The notes below the pieces were generated by a model that was not told the DNA's origin, did not search any database, and saw nothing but the letters and a program-made list of their open reading frames with translations. A stretch of 64,000 nt of DNA from Lytechinus pictus. Lineage: Eukaryota. The position numbers were made by a program, and so were the translations under genes. This document shows, piece after piece, positions 13,181-26,368 of this stretch. Numbering within the stretch: position 1 is the first letter of the stretch; each line of letters opens with the position of its first letter. The stretch is from positions 20,274,001 through 20,338,000 of the forward strand of contig NC_087257.1 of the NCBI RefSeq assembly GCF_037042905.1. The letters are read 5' to 3'.

Positions 13181-13355
13181 GTTCTTCTCGATGAATATAA
13201 GTTGGTTCGAAGCGGAGAACCGCTGTCGTGATTTCACAGTCCCGTGCTCTGACGGGAGTACTGATGGTCTGTTTCAGGGACATCTCATCTCGGTTCATTC
13301 CCAGGAAGAATTCTCCTTCTTAAGCACGATGTACGAGTCACTCAGAGTCAAACGG
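13181..13355 (+). CDS. C-type lectin copy 1, exon 2
   Basis: tttcag acceptor; (R)FFSMNISWFEAENRCRDFTVPCSDGSTDGLFQGHLISVHSQEEFSFLSTMYESLRVKR; gtaag donor. Has the CTLD W-x-x-A-x-x-x-C and HLxS motifs. Confidence 0.92.
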
Positions 13356-13411
13356 GTAAGAGTGAACTCCATTCTTAAATGCATTGGCAGCAATATCGAA
13401 TCTGTCCCTTT

Positions 13412-14089
13412 AGCCCCTTTTAAAACTTCGCAGATCAAACACGGATCATCCCGGATTGTTAATCCGGGGTCATCCGTGGACAGTCCGGGATTACCGTGTA
13501 CACAAAGGCTACTAATTCGGCGCCATCCTTTACCGGCATATCCGGGTGAACAAATGAACATGTTCAGTGTTTCATCCAGGAGTACACGGACGCATAATCA
13601 TCCGCGTTCACCCTGTAGCCACCTTTTACAACCGTGTAGCTACCGAATGCCTCTGGGAAGCTCCTTGTAAGAACCGGGAGGTCCTTGTTAACACCGGATA
13701 TATCCGGGGTTGAAAATTTTCCATTGTATGCGTATGTGAACAATAGTCCGTGTTCATGGGCATGTACGTGTACGCTTCAGACGTTGCAAAAATGAAAGAA
13801 ACTTCAATCTTGGCCCATGCTCTAGAGATATCCCAGTAGAGCCTGTAAGCCACCGTGAAGGTCCGTGTAAGGTTCCAATAGAATCCGTGTATTCCGTGTT
13901 GACTCCCGGTAGCTTACCAAGCAGACCCATGTAGAAACCGTAATTTTCCGCACATTTCCTTGTTAATGCCCAGTTAATTCCGTATTTACTCCGGCAATAA
14001 AAGAAAAATATAGATTTTCCACCCTGGATGACCACGGATTGATATTCATGATGATCCGTGTTGCATCCTTGAAGGTGTAAAAAGGGGCT
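13412..14089. mobile_element. Harbinger-like MITE in lectin 1 intron 2
   Basis: TIRs AGCCCCTTTT.../...AAAAGGGGCT with degenerate ~70-bp arms and T/A 3-bp flanks; absent from the lectin 2 intron. Confidence 0.7.
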
Positions 14090-14328
14090 TAAGGGTCACG
14101 GTGGAAACCATACCCTACCACATTGTGGGCGCCGTGACGCGTCGGTCCAGTGGATAACGGGAGACATGTCTGAGAATAGGGGACACACAGGGACCTGGCC
14201 ATGAAGGATTGTTTATTGTTACTAGGGGTGCTGTGACAATTCTCAGCACCCCCAGTAACAATCCTGATCCTGACTTAATAAACAAATATGTATTATTGTA
14301 CTATTGTTGTCCTCCCCCCACCCCGCAG

Positions 14329-14568
14329 ACTGATAGACCGGTGTGGGTATGGATGGGTCTACACGACCGAGGTACGGAGGACTCGTATGAATGGATCGAC
14401 GGGACCGAACTGGACTTTACCAAGTGGGCCCCTGGGCAGCCAAACAACTACCAAGAACAGGATTGTTCTATGTTCAGACTAGAGGATGATGAATATTACT
14501 ATCATGATGTAGCCTGCGACGACAATATTAGAGTGGAAGCATTTATTTGTAAAATTCCGAAATGGTAG
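14329..14568 (+). CDS. C-type lectin copy 1, exon 3
   Basis: cgcag acceptor, phase 0; WMGLHDRGTEDSYEWIDG...WAPGQPNNYQEQDC...YHDVAC...FICKIPKW*. Has the WIGL-like motif and terminal CTLD cysteines. Confidence 0.93.
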   Translation, partial: TDRPVWVWMGLHDRGTEDSYEWIDGTELDFTKWAPGQPNNYQEQDCSMFRLEDDEYYYHDVACDDNIRVEAFICKIPKW

Positions 14569-15000
14569 CCAGCAGCGAAATAAGAAATAACGATTAAATT
14601 ACGTAGTGTCATTTTTTCTGACTATTCTTTTTTTTTAGATCCAGTAAGGTATGCGATTCTTATTCACTGGGTTCAAAACCAGATTTTTTTTGCATTTGCA
14701 ACATTGCATTTATATATCACCGGAAATTTTGTATTTACAATAGCACCCTCTCTTGTTCTGTTTCGAGGCGCTCAATAAGAATAGTTTTTTTTAAATATCA
14801 GAGATGATACATGTATATAAATGCAATAAAATAAACTCAAATTATACTTTCCAAATTTGTACGAAGTAAAGTATGTGTATAGAAATGAGGAGGTTTACTG
14901 ATAAGCAAAGCTTGTAGAATGTTGGTTACTTGATAACCGCGAGCAGGTGTTATTTAATTTAAATCATTTTGTAAAATCATATACTTGATACTGATGGTCT

Positions 15001-15290
15001 GTCCGTGGTGAAAAGAACACAGTGTCACGCAGTGTGATCACTATGTTCACATAGTGGACTTGGTGAAAATATCATTCACACTGCACAAATTCACAAATTC
15101 AACAGTGTGAAGACATTTTCACACTGTGGACTTTTCACACCTGTTCACAGCGTCTTCACATGGTCGACTATTGTGAATTGTGATCCATATACTGTTGAAA
15201 TGCTCAGATTTTAACAGCATGAACGCGTTTTCACATTGTGTTCCACAATGTGAACACACTGTCGGACAGTGTATTCTGTCCAGTAGGGGT
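15001..15290. repeat. CACAGTGTG-rich MITE (second copy at 50464-50756)
   Basis: Two dispersed ~290-bp homologous copies with inverted ends. Confidence 0.6.
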
Positions 15291-15394
15291 TGGTTACTTA
15301 CAAAATAGTTTTGTTAAGTAAAGAACGTGACGACTATTGAATACAACTTTCTGCATAGTTTTATAAAGCCGTTTGTAAGTCAAGAATGACTTTG

Positions 15395-15520
15395 TTCGAG
15401 TGATCTAAGACGCCCGACAACACCAACAGAGTCCGAGGTTCGATCCCCGGTACGACCCGTGAGGAAGACATTTTATCTCAATTGCTCTTTTATCCGGGGT
15501 CAAATGAATGAATGAATGAA
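15395..15520 (+). mobile_element. tRNA-SINE remnant
   Basis: B box GGTTCGATCC at ~15437 and a (TGAA)n tail. Confidence 0.4.
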
Positions 15521-16810
15521 AATGTCATATTAATACCTGCTTGTGCACTATATATATATAGTGCAGGATATATGGATGTGCGTGCGTGTCAATTCCTGAA
15601 ATTAAGCGATCTAACATACAGAAAACGATCGTGCATGTACGCTTACGAATTTAGACAAAATCAACCCATGTGATAATTCAAGTCACTTCTAATAGCAATT
15701 GTCTTCAACATGTTCAAGGAAAACTGGTATACTGGTTTTTGTTCCGTGAGCCAATCTTCTAAGATTTATGAAATATATATAGTTCAAATTTTAATTCCAG
15801 GTAAGCATTTATAAAAACAGAAGCAAAACAAATCCAAATACATTGTTGTATATAATAACGTAAAGGGTTAAATCAAATTATACCAAACTATTGAAATTTC
15901 AAAATAAGCAAAACATTTGTAAACAAATGAGGGGCCCACTATAAAGCAAAGCTTGTGGTTCACCTGATAATTGCGAACTGGTGTTTCTTTCTTAGCTTTT
16001 TAATGCATGATTAATTAAGGCAAAATACGGTAAAATGTATTATTTAGGACAAATTCAACACAAAATTCATAATTCATGTTTACATGGAATGATGATATAT
16101 CATACTTTTAAGATATATGATTTCTTAAAAAAACAGTTATAGAAGTTGGCTTTCCCTTTTACTGGTTCAAAATTTGGGAATTATTTTTCAAACGAAATAA
16201 TGAAATGTAATTCATTACAAAATTTCTTCTGAACGCATAATGATAGATTGTTAGATTAATGTATTCAATAACTTCTCTTCGTGTATATTTCCCATCGTTT
16301 TATGACTTGTGTATAAATCAATTTGCACATGCAATAACAGCTTAGAATAGAAAGGGGAGGCGGCTTACACTAAAAACCAGAACTTGCAGAGAAAGGGATC
16401 ATGTGTTATTTTGTTGATTCGATAACTGCAATTTGTACTGTTTATTTCATTCATAAATGTATTTTTGTTTTATTTTTCTATGTATTGTTTTTATATTGAT
16501 GATAATAAAAAGTGCTGATTTTATTTTAAATTAATAAATGAATCCAACAATTCTGCATTATTTTATAGTGAGACTAACTGAACTATCTCTATTTGAAAGC
16601 TGCTCAGGATATAAATATCTCAGAATCTGTTGTCTTAACTCTCTGATGAGTTTGTGTTAGTAAAAGCAAGACGTATTGCAGTTCGCCCAAACGCATTCGT
16701 ATCTTGCACTGCTTTATCTGAAGATGAATATCAATCTCTTGCTGAATATGCGCATGCAAGTCATCAGGCATGTGCTCAACCGAGATTGCAGGTAAACACC
16801 ACAAACTATA

Positions 16811-17346
16811 CAGTGCGTCCCACAAAAAAGGAAACCCTTTTTCAAAGAAAGATATCACAATTATTAGAGATGTTTTTACAATACATTTGTTATTCGTGGC
16901 AAGAGTGGAATCTCATCTCCCATTTGTAACCAACAGCCTAGCAAATAGTTCACGCATGGCAGATTACTAACAATAAATATTTAGGCATATCAGAAACGAT
17001 TTGCGCAGAAAGTTACGTGTGAATCTGAATCCACTATCATTTCAGGAATCATTAAGAGAATCGATAAAGAATACAAAAGAAATTCTAATGAGCCAATCGT
17101 CAAATATGCACGGTCGTCGAATCACGAACCAATCTTGTACAATTTTTCTGCGCAACCTGGTTTTGACATAAAAATTTCAAACTCGCCTTGCTCATTAAAA
17201 TGCGTGAAGTGTTCATCTCATATTAGGTATCAAAATAAAGAGGAATAATTGAATGATATAAATATGTAAATGAAATATCATAATTCATTGCCTTTGAATT
17301 AAAAAGACATGGGAATTCCAGTTTCTTTTTTTTCTGGGACGTACTG
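16811..17346. mobile_element. Tc1/mariner-like MITE
   Basis: TA|CAGTGCGTCCCACAAAAAAGGAAAC...GTTTCTTTTTTTTCTGGGACGTACTG|TA. Confidence 0.75.
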
Positions 17347-18158
17347 TATATGTAATAGCACAGTCACTTGCAAAACAGCAGAGAGGATAACATTTCACTA
17401 AAAATTGCTGTGAAAAATATGATTAAACCAACAAATTAACCATCTTGTTGGTTTCGTATTTAACATACCAAAACTTGGGAGAAGTAGGTTCTGTTCCCTT
17501 CACCTCCACCGTGACAGTCTTGATGCAAGCAAGGTGTCAAGTTAAGACCACCGAGTTACGTATATAATATTGTACTTAAAAATCATAAGACTTTGAATTC
17601 GAATTTGAATAAGTTAGAATAAACTATATTTCTGAAATAGCTGTTCTTTGAACTTTGGTTAATTTTTTTCGAAATACTCTGTATAATTGTCATTTGGAGC
17701 GGTCACACTTAATTTTTTTTTATAGAATTAACATACATAATTCCTAATTCAAAAGTCTCCTTAACTTTCAACACATTCTTTGGTGCCCTTGAAATGTAAC
17801 CTTTTCATGCACTCTTGCTCAAAATCATGTAATTTTCCTGGTTGACTATGATAACCCGTTGCTTTCGTGACACGAGCGCAGGATACGGATGTGCGTAGCA
17901 AATCTTGATAGCTCGATGGCCTGTTTCCAGCAGAGATATTTCCGTTGTAAACCGTAACTAGAGCTTGTAAACAATCCTTTTTTATATCGTTTATGGAACT
18001 TTACAAGCAAAATTTATCATTACCCCCCCCCCCTATATGCATATATGATAAACAGTTACTTGGACTCGTCAATTTGTATCAACCATCACCAGTATATGCC
18101 AGTAGACAACTTATAGCCGCGATTTGTTGGGACTTAACTGGAGTGTCATTAATTAGCA

Positions 18159-18295
18159 ATGGGTTACCTCGTCAATGATCGCTCGTTCGTCGTCATCGTT
18201 GCCTACGTCTCGTTGTTGGCCGTGATTCCTATCTCGCAGGCCGGAGGGTGTAGCTGCCCTCCCCTATGGACAGGCTTCGGCCAACACTGCTACAG
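18159..18295 (+). CDS. Echinoidin-like secreted C-type lectin, copy 2, exon 1 (gene join 18159..18295,20017..20191,20527..20760; 181 aa)
   Basis: MGYLVNDRSFVVIVAYVSLLAVIPISQAGGCSCPPLWTGFGQHCY(R); AG|GTATGG donor; same 137-bp length as copy 1. Confidence 0.9.
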
Positions 18296-18641
18296 GTATG
18301 GCACAAAATCGTCCATTTTAAAATAATGATATTCTTTTTTTTTTTATAGATGCCGTTAATCGCACAAAAAATGTAAAGGAGATTATGGTTATGTGAGCTT
18401 GAAAGTTTGCATGGTGTGTTGGTAAAGGACGTTTTATTTACAGCTAGAGACATGTCTCATAAAACAACTTCACTCCTTGATAAACTTGGCTATAATGCTC
18501 GAGAATGAACAAACGACAGAGATGGAAGAGCTTACATCAAGTCACAATTTCTCTACGGCGGCCGTACGGCGCTAGTCGAAAACAGCCGTTTTATTCATTT
18601 GTATTCAAGCAACTATTATGTAACTGGTAAAAAAATGTTAA

Positions 18642-19241
18642 GGGGATGGTCCGGGCTGAAAATATTTATATCTAAATAAATAGAGTAAAATTCACAGAGC
18701 AAAATGCTGAAAATTTCATCAAAAATGGATAACAGATAATGAAGTTATTGAATTTCAAAGATTTGCATTATTTCGGTGAAACAGTTCTAGGAATGTCTTC
18801 ATGAATATTTATTAGGTGGGCTGATGATGTCATATCCCCACTTGTTCTTTTGTATTTTATTATATGAAAATAGACTTATTCAAAATTATTCTACAAAGAA
18901 CTAAAACAATTGGATTGACAACTGATTAAGTGCATTTGTTATTAATTGCCACAACACATTTCATCATAATGGAGACACATCGTTTACACATATGTATAAA
19001 AAAATTAAAGAATTATGATTTCATGCAATAACATAAGAATAAGGAAAAGTGGGGATGTGGCATAATCAAGCCCACCTAATAAATATTCATGACAATGTGC
19101 ATATGACTGTTTTCACAAAATTTTGATAAACTTTAAAATTCAATCACTTCGTTATCCGATTTTGATGATTTTTCAGCATTGTCTTTTGTGAATTTTACTC
19201 TATTTATTTAGATACAAATAGTTTAAGCCCGGACCATCCCT
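18642..19241. mobile_element. Kolobok-like TTAA-flanked MITE (family shared with 49323-49904)
   Basis: TTAA TSD; termini (A/G)GGGATGGTCCGGGCT...AGCCCGGACCATCCCT; long imperfect TIRs; nested in a smaller palindromic element at ~18535-19297. Confidence 0.8.
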
Positions 19242-20016
19242 TTAAAACGGCTGTTTTAACTCGCCGTACTGCTGCGCCGTAGAATGTGACCGAGGTATAT
19301 GAATGTGGTATATTGGAACAGGAACGTGTCTGGTTGGAGTGAAAGTAAAGAAGATGTTGGAAAAAAGATGGAATTTTTATGACCTAGGCCCCTGTTATGC
19401 TTTGGAGCCGCAGATCACTGCAAATTTGAAGTCGCCTCGAGAATGTGGGGACATCTCGATAGTCCGCGGGGTCTAGGTCAATTTTTTTTTTACAATTTTT
19501 TATATTTCTCAGTCTGGGAAGGCGTCAGGCTGCCTTTTTATTTTTTTTTAAAGAGGGGTATTTCGCGAATGTCAAGTCGTCTCCGTGCTGGGTGCGTCCT
19601 TAGTCCACTTTCGACATATATTATGTCTACAAGGGTGTTCGGGGCCGTGTGAGGATGATCAAGAATAGTGTTGTGAAAATATATGGCCCAATTAAGATAC
19701 ACGTGAAAGTGGACTTAGGCCGGCCCCGGAGGCGCCTCGACATAACGTGTATCAGCTATTTTTGATTCCCGGATTGGACCGAGTCCATCTAAAACATGTA
19801 AAAGGCGACGTTTTTTCCGAACAATTAAAACCCCCGCACCTTCCTTTTATAGGGCCCTGCGTTTCCACCCATTTGAACACTGAATAATTCTCATTGTCAG
19901 TTTCAAATTGAATTCAGTTTTAGGCCCACGTCGCTGAAAGCCCGGTACGCCGCTGAACGAAACTCCCAATTATTGCACGTCTACACTTAATAATTAGGTT
20001 TGACCTTTCATTTCAG

Positions 20017-20191
20017 GTTCTTCTCGATGAATGTAAGTTGGTTCGAAGCGGAGAACCGCTGTCGTGATTTCACAGTCCCGTGCTCTGACGGGAGTACTGA
20101 TGGTCTGTTTCAGGGACATCTCGTCTCGGTTCATTCCCAGGAAGAATTCTCCTTCTTAACCACAATGTACGAGTCTATCAGAGTCAAGCGG
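20017..20191 (+). CDS. C-type lectin copy 2, exon 2
   Basis: tttcag acceptor and gtaag donor; 175 bp with 7 mismatches to copy 1 exon 2 by manual count. Confidence 0.92.
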
Positions 20192-20526
20192 GTAAGAGAT
20201 GGTCTCCATTCTTAAATCCATTGGCAGCAATATCGAACCCGCCCCCTAGCCAAATACGGGCGTCGGTCCAGTGGGGGAGGGAGGGACACGTATCTGAGAA
20301 TAGAGAACACACAGGGACCTGGGAGACCTGGTCATTGAAGATCATCTATTTTTACTAGGGGTGCGGTGACAACTGATTCTCAGCACCCCCAGTAATACAA
20401 TAATCATAGATGGCCAGGTACTGTGGGACACATACCGCCTTATGCACCGGAAGCCCTGTATTTCTTAGAATTGCATGGCCTGACTTAATAAACGCGTAAG
20501 TATCGTTGATTTCTTATTTTCGCCAG

Positions 20527-20760
20527 ATTGGTGTATCAAACTGGGTGTGGATCGGTTTACATGACCGAGGTACGGAGGACTCGTTTGAATGGATCGACGG
20601 GACCGAAGTGGAGTATACCCCCTGGACCCCTGGGCAGCCCAACAACTACCAAGAACAGGATTGTATTGTATTCAGACAAGAGGATGAATATCATTGGCAT
20701 GATGTGGCCTGCGACTACGATAGAGTGGAAGCATATATTTGTAAAATTCCGAAATGGTAG
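20527..20760 (+). CDS. C-type lectin copy 2, exon 3
   Basis: gccag acceptor; IGVSNWVWIGLHDRGTEDSFEWIDG...QPNN...WHDVAC...YICKIPKW*. Confidence 0.93.
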   Translation: MGVSNWVWIGLHDRGTEDSFEWIDGTEVEYTPWTPGQPNNYQEQDCIVFRQEDEYHWHDVACDYDRVEAYICKIPKW

Positions 20761-21412
20761 CCAGCAGCGAAATAGGAAATAACAACGATAAAATTACGTA
20801 GCGTCAATTTATTTGACCAGTTTTCTTTTTTTTCAGATCGAGTACGGTATGCGATTTCTATTTAGTGGATGGAAACCCAGATTTTTTTGTTGTTGTTGTG
20901 ACATTGCATTTATATATCACCAGAAATTTTGCATCTACAATAGCGCCATCTATTGGCTATTTCCGAGGTGCTCAATAAGAATTGAAAGGTAATTTTTAGA
21001 CATTAGAAGTGATATGCAATAGTGGTCATCATATCAAAATTCTAGAAATCGTCGGGCATTACCCCCCCCCCTACCTCCCGTTCCACACGTCCAATGTCAA
21101 GGGATTTTCAGATTAAAAACTGATTTCAGACTATTTCAACATAGGCCTATTATATCTGGTCATTTATAACACAAAATTCAGATCGGAAAGATGTCATTTT
21201 TTGTTGATTTTTATACTTTTTTAAAATCAATTCGAAGAGTCATCCCTGAACGTCGTATTCATATGAATTTCATGGTTCAGTTAAGCGATCACCCGTCAGC
21301 GCCGCCCAAACTCACAATTATCATAACGTTACGCCTATGGGACAAATCGTGAATTAGTCGCTTACTATTGCAATAACATAATATTATGTATGAAAATCGC
21401 TTTGGCACCACC

Positions 21413-21958
21413 CCCGGGAGGGGGGGGGGGTATATAATGCATAGTGGGTATGTGCCGCGGAGGGGACCCCCATTTTTACACTCAAATTTCAGTTCCAAGG
21501 CATAGCATTTTTGTCTTATTGAGAAAAAGAACAAAGAAAGCCGCTCCAAAGCATAGCATTTTCTTCTTATCGAGAAAAAGAAGAAAGATATCCGCTCCAA
21601 AGCTTCGCATATTTTTCGTTACGCCGTTCCAGTCGCATTGATCTGCTACAATGAGCTGCAATTTTGGTGAAAAGCAGCCGCAGAGCGCTGTCCGACCATC
21701 GCCCCTGCGCGAGCGTACCCGGGGCCTTGCCGCCGGGCTAGCTGCATCATGCACGCTTGCCCGTTCCGTAGGGATGCATACGCACTCACACGCTGGCGAT
21801 CCGTTCCAAGGACCCCCGTTTTCACAAACATTTGTAGTTCCGAAGCCCGTTCCGAGGACCCTCCTTTTTACAATAAGCCCGCTCCAAGGCCCCCGTTTTT
21901 GGTATCGCCCGTGGCACACCCTACCACTTTTTTGGTCGAGTACCCTCCCCCCCCGGGG
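21413..21958. mobile_element. CCCGGG-terminated element with a 9-bp TSD (MuDR-like)
   Basis: Direct repeat GGCACCACC at 21404-21412 and 21959-21967; G-run and C-run termini. Confidence 0.65.
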
Positions 21959-23299
21959 GGCACCACCAGATCTAAAATCCCCAACATTTTCTCATCCCCA
22001 TAATAACATTTTGCTCTATTTCCCCTTTTTGTGCGCGATATGTGTAAAATTCGCTTGTTTTTCTCACTTTTTAGGAATTTTTTATCGCAGTACTTGAAAA
22101 CGGTAGCAGACGAACCTTTGTTACCACCGCCAAAATAAAGAGTCTTACTTCATTTTTTTCTGATATAAGGGTCATTTGGATTGGATAAAAGTTCATCCTG
22201 TCATTTTTCACGTCGAATCAGATGTTCCCTTAGAACATTAGCCAAAACGGGAAGAAACCGCTGTCGCGAACACGCGATTACTACACACAAAACCTATAGC
22301 GTGTGCGCAACTAGTGCAGTGGCCTGGAAATAACTGTCATTTTAATGGTAAACAAACGCCACTTTTTATGAAAAGTAACATCTGTAGAACGAGCAGTATG
22401 AAATAATATCGCATTTAAATAACGTGCACTTCGTTTATTTGGAAGTATTCACAGGTATTAATTTTGTTCTTGTGCCGTGGCCTGTGCAGCTGAACGGTCA
22501 GGAGACTGTACCAACGGCAAATAGGGGTATTGAGTACCCGTCTAGTCTGGGCCGGGAGCACTTACGAAGTTACGGTGCGTGTGAAAGAATGTCTGTCTGT
22601 ACTGTGACAGTGACACTCCATGCACTGGATCGTCCCGTCCATAATCAGTATTGTTTACACAGGGCAAAACACCCCTTTTTGTTATAATGGAAGCGTCGAT
22701 TTCAATTTCAGTCATATTACTGCACTACAGTGTATCCCAAAACAAATGTTAATGGCTTTACTTTTATACAACTGGATGACAAATTATGTGATATGGTCCA
22801 ATAATCACAAAGGTAGGAATATTTTTCCATTACTTAAACCTCTCCATCCAAGTTTTGTATGTGCAATCAGGACGAGAACTGTCCGTCGAGCTATACTCCA
22901 CATGACTGATTGTGCACAGACTGCAGACATCCCTGTATCTTGACGGGCATCAAGTTGAAGGCAGATCTGCTAGACCATAATTACAGAAAAATGAATCTTT
23001 CAATATGTAAATGCTTATAAAACGAATGAATGTGAACAATAATAATATATGTACAAACTACGTAAACTAGACAACAAATACGGAACTTTTCAAGATGAGA
23101 TAATGTATTAAAAATTGTTTTAATTCATTTCCTTGTAATGATTGTTTAGGCCAAATGTATAAAACAAAAGCTAGTTTGCGATTATAAAATTATATACATG
23201 TGCAATATAATTCAGCAATTGTCACTCACATCATATATAAAAGTGTCGTGTGGGACACACTCTCTTACGTATTAGTCCGGTCTGAGCTTCAGCATTATA

Positions 23300-24295
23300 C
23301 AGTGCGTATCAAAAAAAAGTTTACACTTAGAAAAAATCCTGTAAAATTATATATTTGTAATATCCTGAAGATTTTCCACATTTTAACATTGGTACAGATC
23401 CATTTAAGCAATATAAATAACTGTCGAAAAATATTTCCGCTTGAGTGAGCACCACTTACTTTTGAAAAGTTAGTGAAAATCATTTTCGCAGAACTTTGAA
23501 ATAATTATGCAAATAAAAGTAGACCTTAATCATGAAGAACACGTGGGATTTAGCTAGTAAAATTGATTTGAAGATATTTTTTACCTTTTTTTAAACTTGT
23601 CTCTTTGCTCAAAACACTTCAAAGAGTGCATTGCGTCCCACCCCACTCCCCCACACACCGAGGCCATCATGACGATATTTTCTTTACACTGAGCTGTGAT
23701 TTACATGAAATGGCTTAGGCTTGATTTTCATTTTGATAATCATTGTCAAGCTTGGGAAAAGTGTGGAGAAACAAGTATTAAATGAGAAATGAAATGTAAA
23801 CCCACTTTAAATGATAAAAACTTAGTGAAAAAATGCTGGAGATGTCTGATATACATGTAAACTTTTGTTCAGATTCAGTTATGTCCTCACATCCAGCTGG
23901 CACAAAAAGGGTAAATGTTGTGCTTACTAAGTGTTAAAATTTCAATTTGGGTGGCAAAATTGTTACAAAATGCTTGAAAATATCTGTTTTATTTCAATAG
24001 ACTAAAAGTGCAAGGGAAATGTATGAGAAATGTTTCGCAGGGTAAGTTTGATTTCGCCCTTTCCCCAGTTCCCCTTGATACAGCGTGAAAACGAGCATTT
24101 CTGCGCAAGCAGATTTCCGCAAGCTTTACAAAAATGGACAGTGCTCACTCAAGTGTAACATTCTGTCAAAACTTTTACTTCCAATGGATAGATCAGACCC
24201 AACCCATGATTATATGTGAAAAAATTACACACATGTTGTATATTTTTTAATTCCCAGGGTTTTTTCAAAGTGTAAACTTTTTTTGATACGCACTG
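23300..24295. mobile_element. Tc1/mariner-like MITE (~1 kb)
   Basis: TA TSD; 29-bp TIR CAGTGCGTATCAAAAAAAAGTTTACACTT; longer imperfect arms. Confidence 0.88.
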
Positions 24296-26368
24296 TACAG
24301 TGGCAGGCAAACATATTCAGTAAACTTAAGTAAACACCTGGAGCGAATTTTGTTTCCCTCATGATAAAATGCAAATCGTAGGCCTACTTATTTATGTTGT
24401 CTGTACAATTTTCACTATCCATTCGCTAAGTTTAAGTTCCTAAAATATGGCACTAAACAGGTTGGCAAAGAATACTTAACGATACGGGCTGGAGCGGTGC
24501 TGGCGTTTCCCTTGCCAAAGTTTTCTCTCTACCTCTTACACCACCCCCTCCCCCTCTATTTCTCATTTTCTTCCGTCTCCTTTTGGTTTACTTCTCTGGC
24601 CATTCCCGGTTGCCCCCCCCCCCCCTCTCCCTTTTCTTGTATTTTTTTTTTTTTTGGGGGGGGGGTATGTCCTGTCCTTCGGTTTAATTTATTATAATTA
24701 TCTTGTTCTTGCAAGGTTCTTGTAACGTTTTGTCCCATATTGTCCTAATTGTTTTGCCTTGTCATACCTCGTTATTATCCAGCCTTATCTTAATTTCAGA
24801 GATTATAATATAAGTCATGACAGTCATAATTAATATTCCATGAACCGATATGATTTGTATATTATAAATATTCCGAATTTGTATCAATATATCACTTCTT
24901 CATTTATACAAGAGAACCTCCATTAAAATAACTACGCTCTACTAGAGGTTGCCATTTTATTTCATTATATTGTTCATTTAGTAAATTTGTTTTTGAATAT
25001 TTGAAATGAAGTAAATTATTCATCAATCAATTAATCAATCACAAAATTGCCTCGCTCTCAAAGTGAGAGGGGCCATTCATATCGTGTAAATGTTCAAGTT
25101 ATAAATAAAGTTTCTATCCCAAAGATTGAACAATTTAAAATGAGTATTTCACCATGTCCACCTTATTTTATTGTATTTGGGCGAATTAGAAACAATGATA
25201 ATTATAACGTTTACACCATTGTTATTAACATATGAATTTGAGAATCTGCATAAAAATTGTTATCCTACTTTCTCTCGAGCTCCTAAATGTATGTAACATT
25301 TCCAGAGACTTCAACTAAGTGTATGGTACAGATTACGATGTAATTCGTCAAAAATTATATCCCAAATGTTTTTTTATAAACAATTTGGATCACTATCATA
25401 CAGCAAAAACACTTAATAGTCTGCTTAATTCCGCCTCCCCCCGCCATGGTATTAGATTATTCATTGGTATAAACATGTAAATATTTACCAGCAGCTTTGC
25501 CAGCACACAATGAAAGGATACGGTTAAAAATGTTCACAAATGAAATACAAAGAAAATGTGTTAAATTTTATTAAACAAACTCATGATTAAATTGCATCAA
25601 GAGTGGAAACATACTTCGCAATGTAGTTCATAGATGGAAACAGATGGATAAAAGAGAGGGACATAAAGGGAGAGATAAGGTAAAAGTGAGATGTAGGATG
25701 ATAGAGCCAAGAGAGGGGGTTCAACAGGGGGAGGAAAAAAAATTGACACAAATACAAATCATTTTAAAAATTGCATAAGCACGACAATCAATGCTCCCGT
25801 TCATGAAAATTGTCAAAGAAAGTGATAGAGAGAAAGAGGAGAAGGGGGAGAAGAAGAGAATAAGAAGGAGGAGAAGAAAATATATTTCAGCACTATTTAA
25901 GTATATGCTCTAGTGTCAGCCTATTCAATCACTTTTTGCCAAACAAATAGAACTCAAGAAGAAAAGGTGGGGCAGCAGCAGTTGTATAAGGCCTATATAG
26001 AGCCTGAGTGCTCACCACCCCAGGCTAGCCGCCAGAGACTGTCACTGTATACCACACCCCATTGTAGGGACAACAAAGATTTGCATAAGAGTCCGTGCTA
26101 AAACAAAATCGTAGACTTTATGAACGTACGGAAATCAGGAGGGATGAGCAGGATACGATCACCCGAAAGGGCACACATATCCATCCGCATGCAATGCAAT
26201 GCATTCTGGACAGGCGTAAGTAAAGATCACATGATTTTATTGATTGAAATAATTCGTTAAAAAAGCCCAAATAACGTACCTAAATTCATAAAATGTGTTG
26301 TGGAGTAGGTTTCACGGTACACCATGTATCTTTCTTGGGCAAGTGTTGGTCCTGATAAAGGACCACCC

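Noticed and set aside
13356-13670. C-terminal extension of the 172-aa ORF 13152-13670
   Set aside because: It reads through the GTAAG donor into intron and MITE sequence; only 13181-13355 is exon.
14569-14800. Clec2-style hammerhead in the lectin 3'UTRs
   Set aside because: A conserved CGAAATA is present but I found no matching CUGANGA with complementary stems.
16731-16770. Possible third hammerhead (minus-strand CUGAUGA followed by a stem)
   Set aside because: The stem is followed by AGAU, not GAAA, so the core is incomplete.
21289-22097. Several 100-148 aa GC-rich ORFs
   Set aside because: They lie within or overlap the CCCGGG-terminated element and have no recognisable domain.
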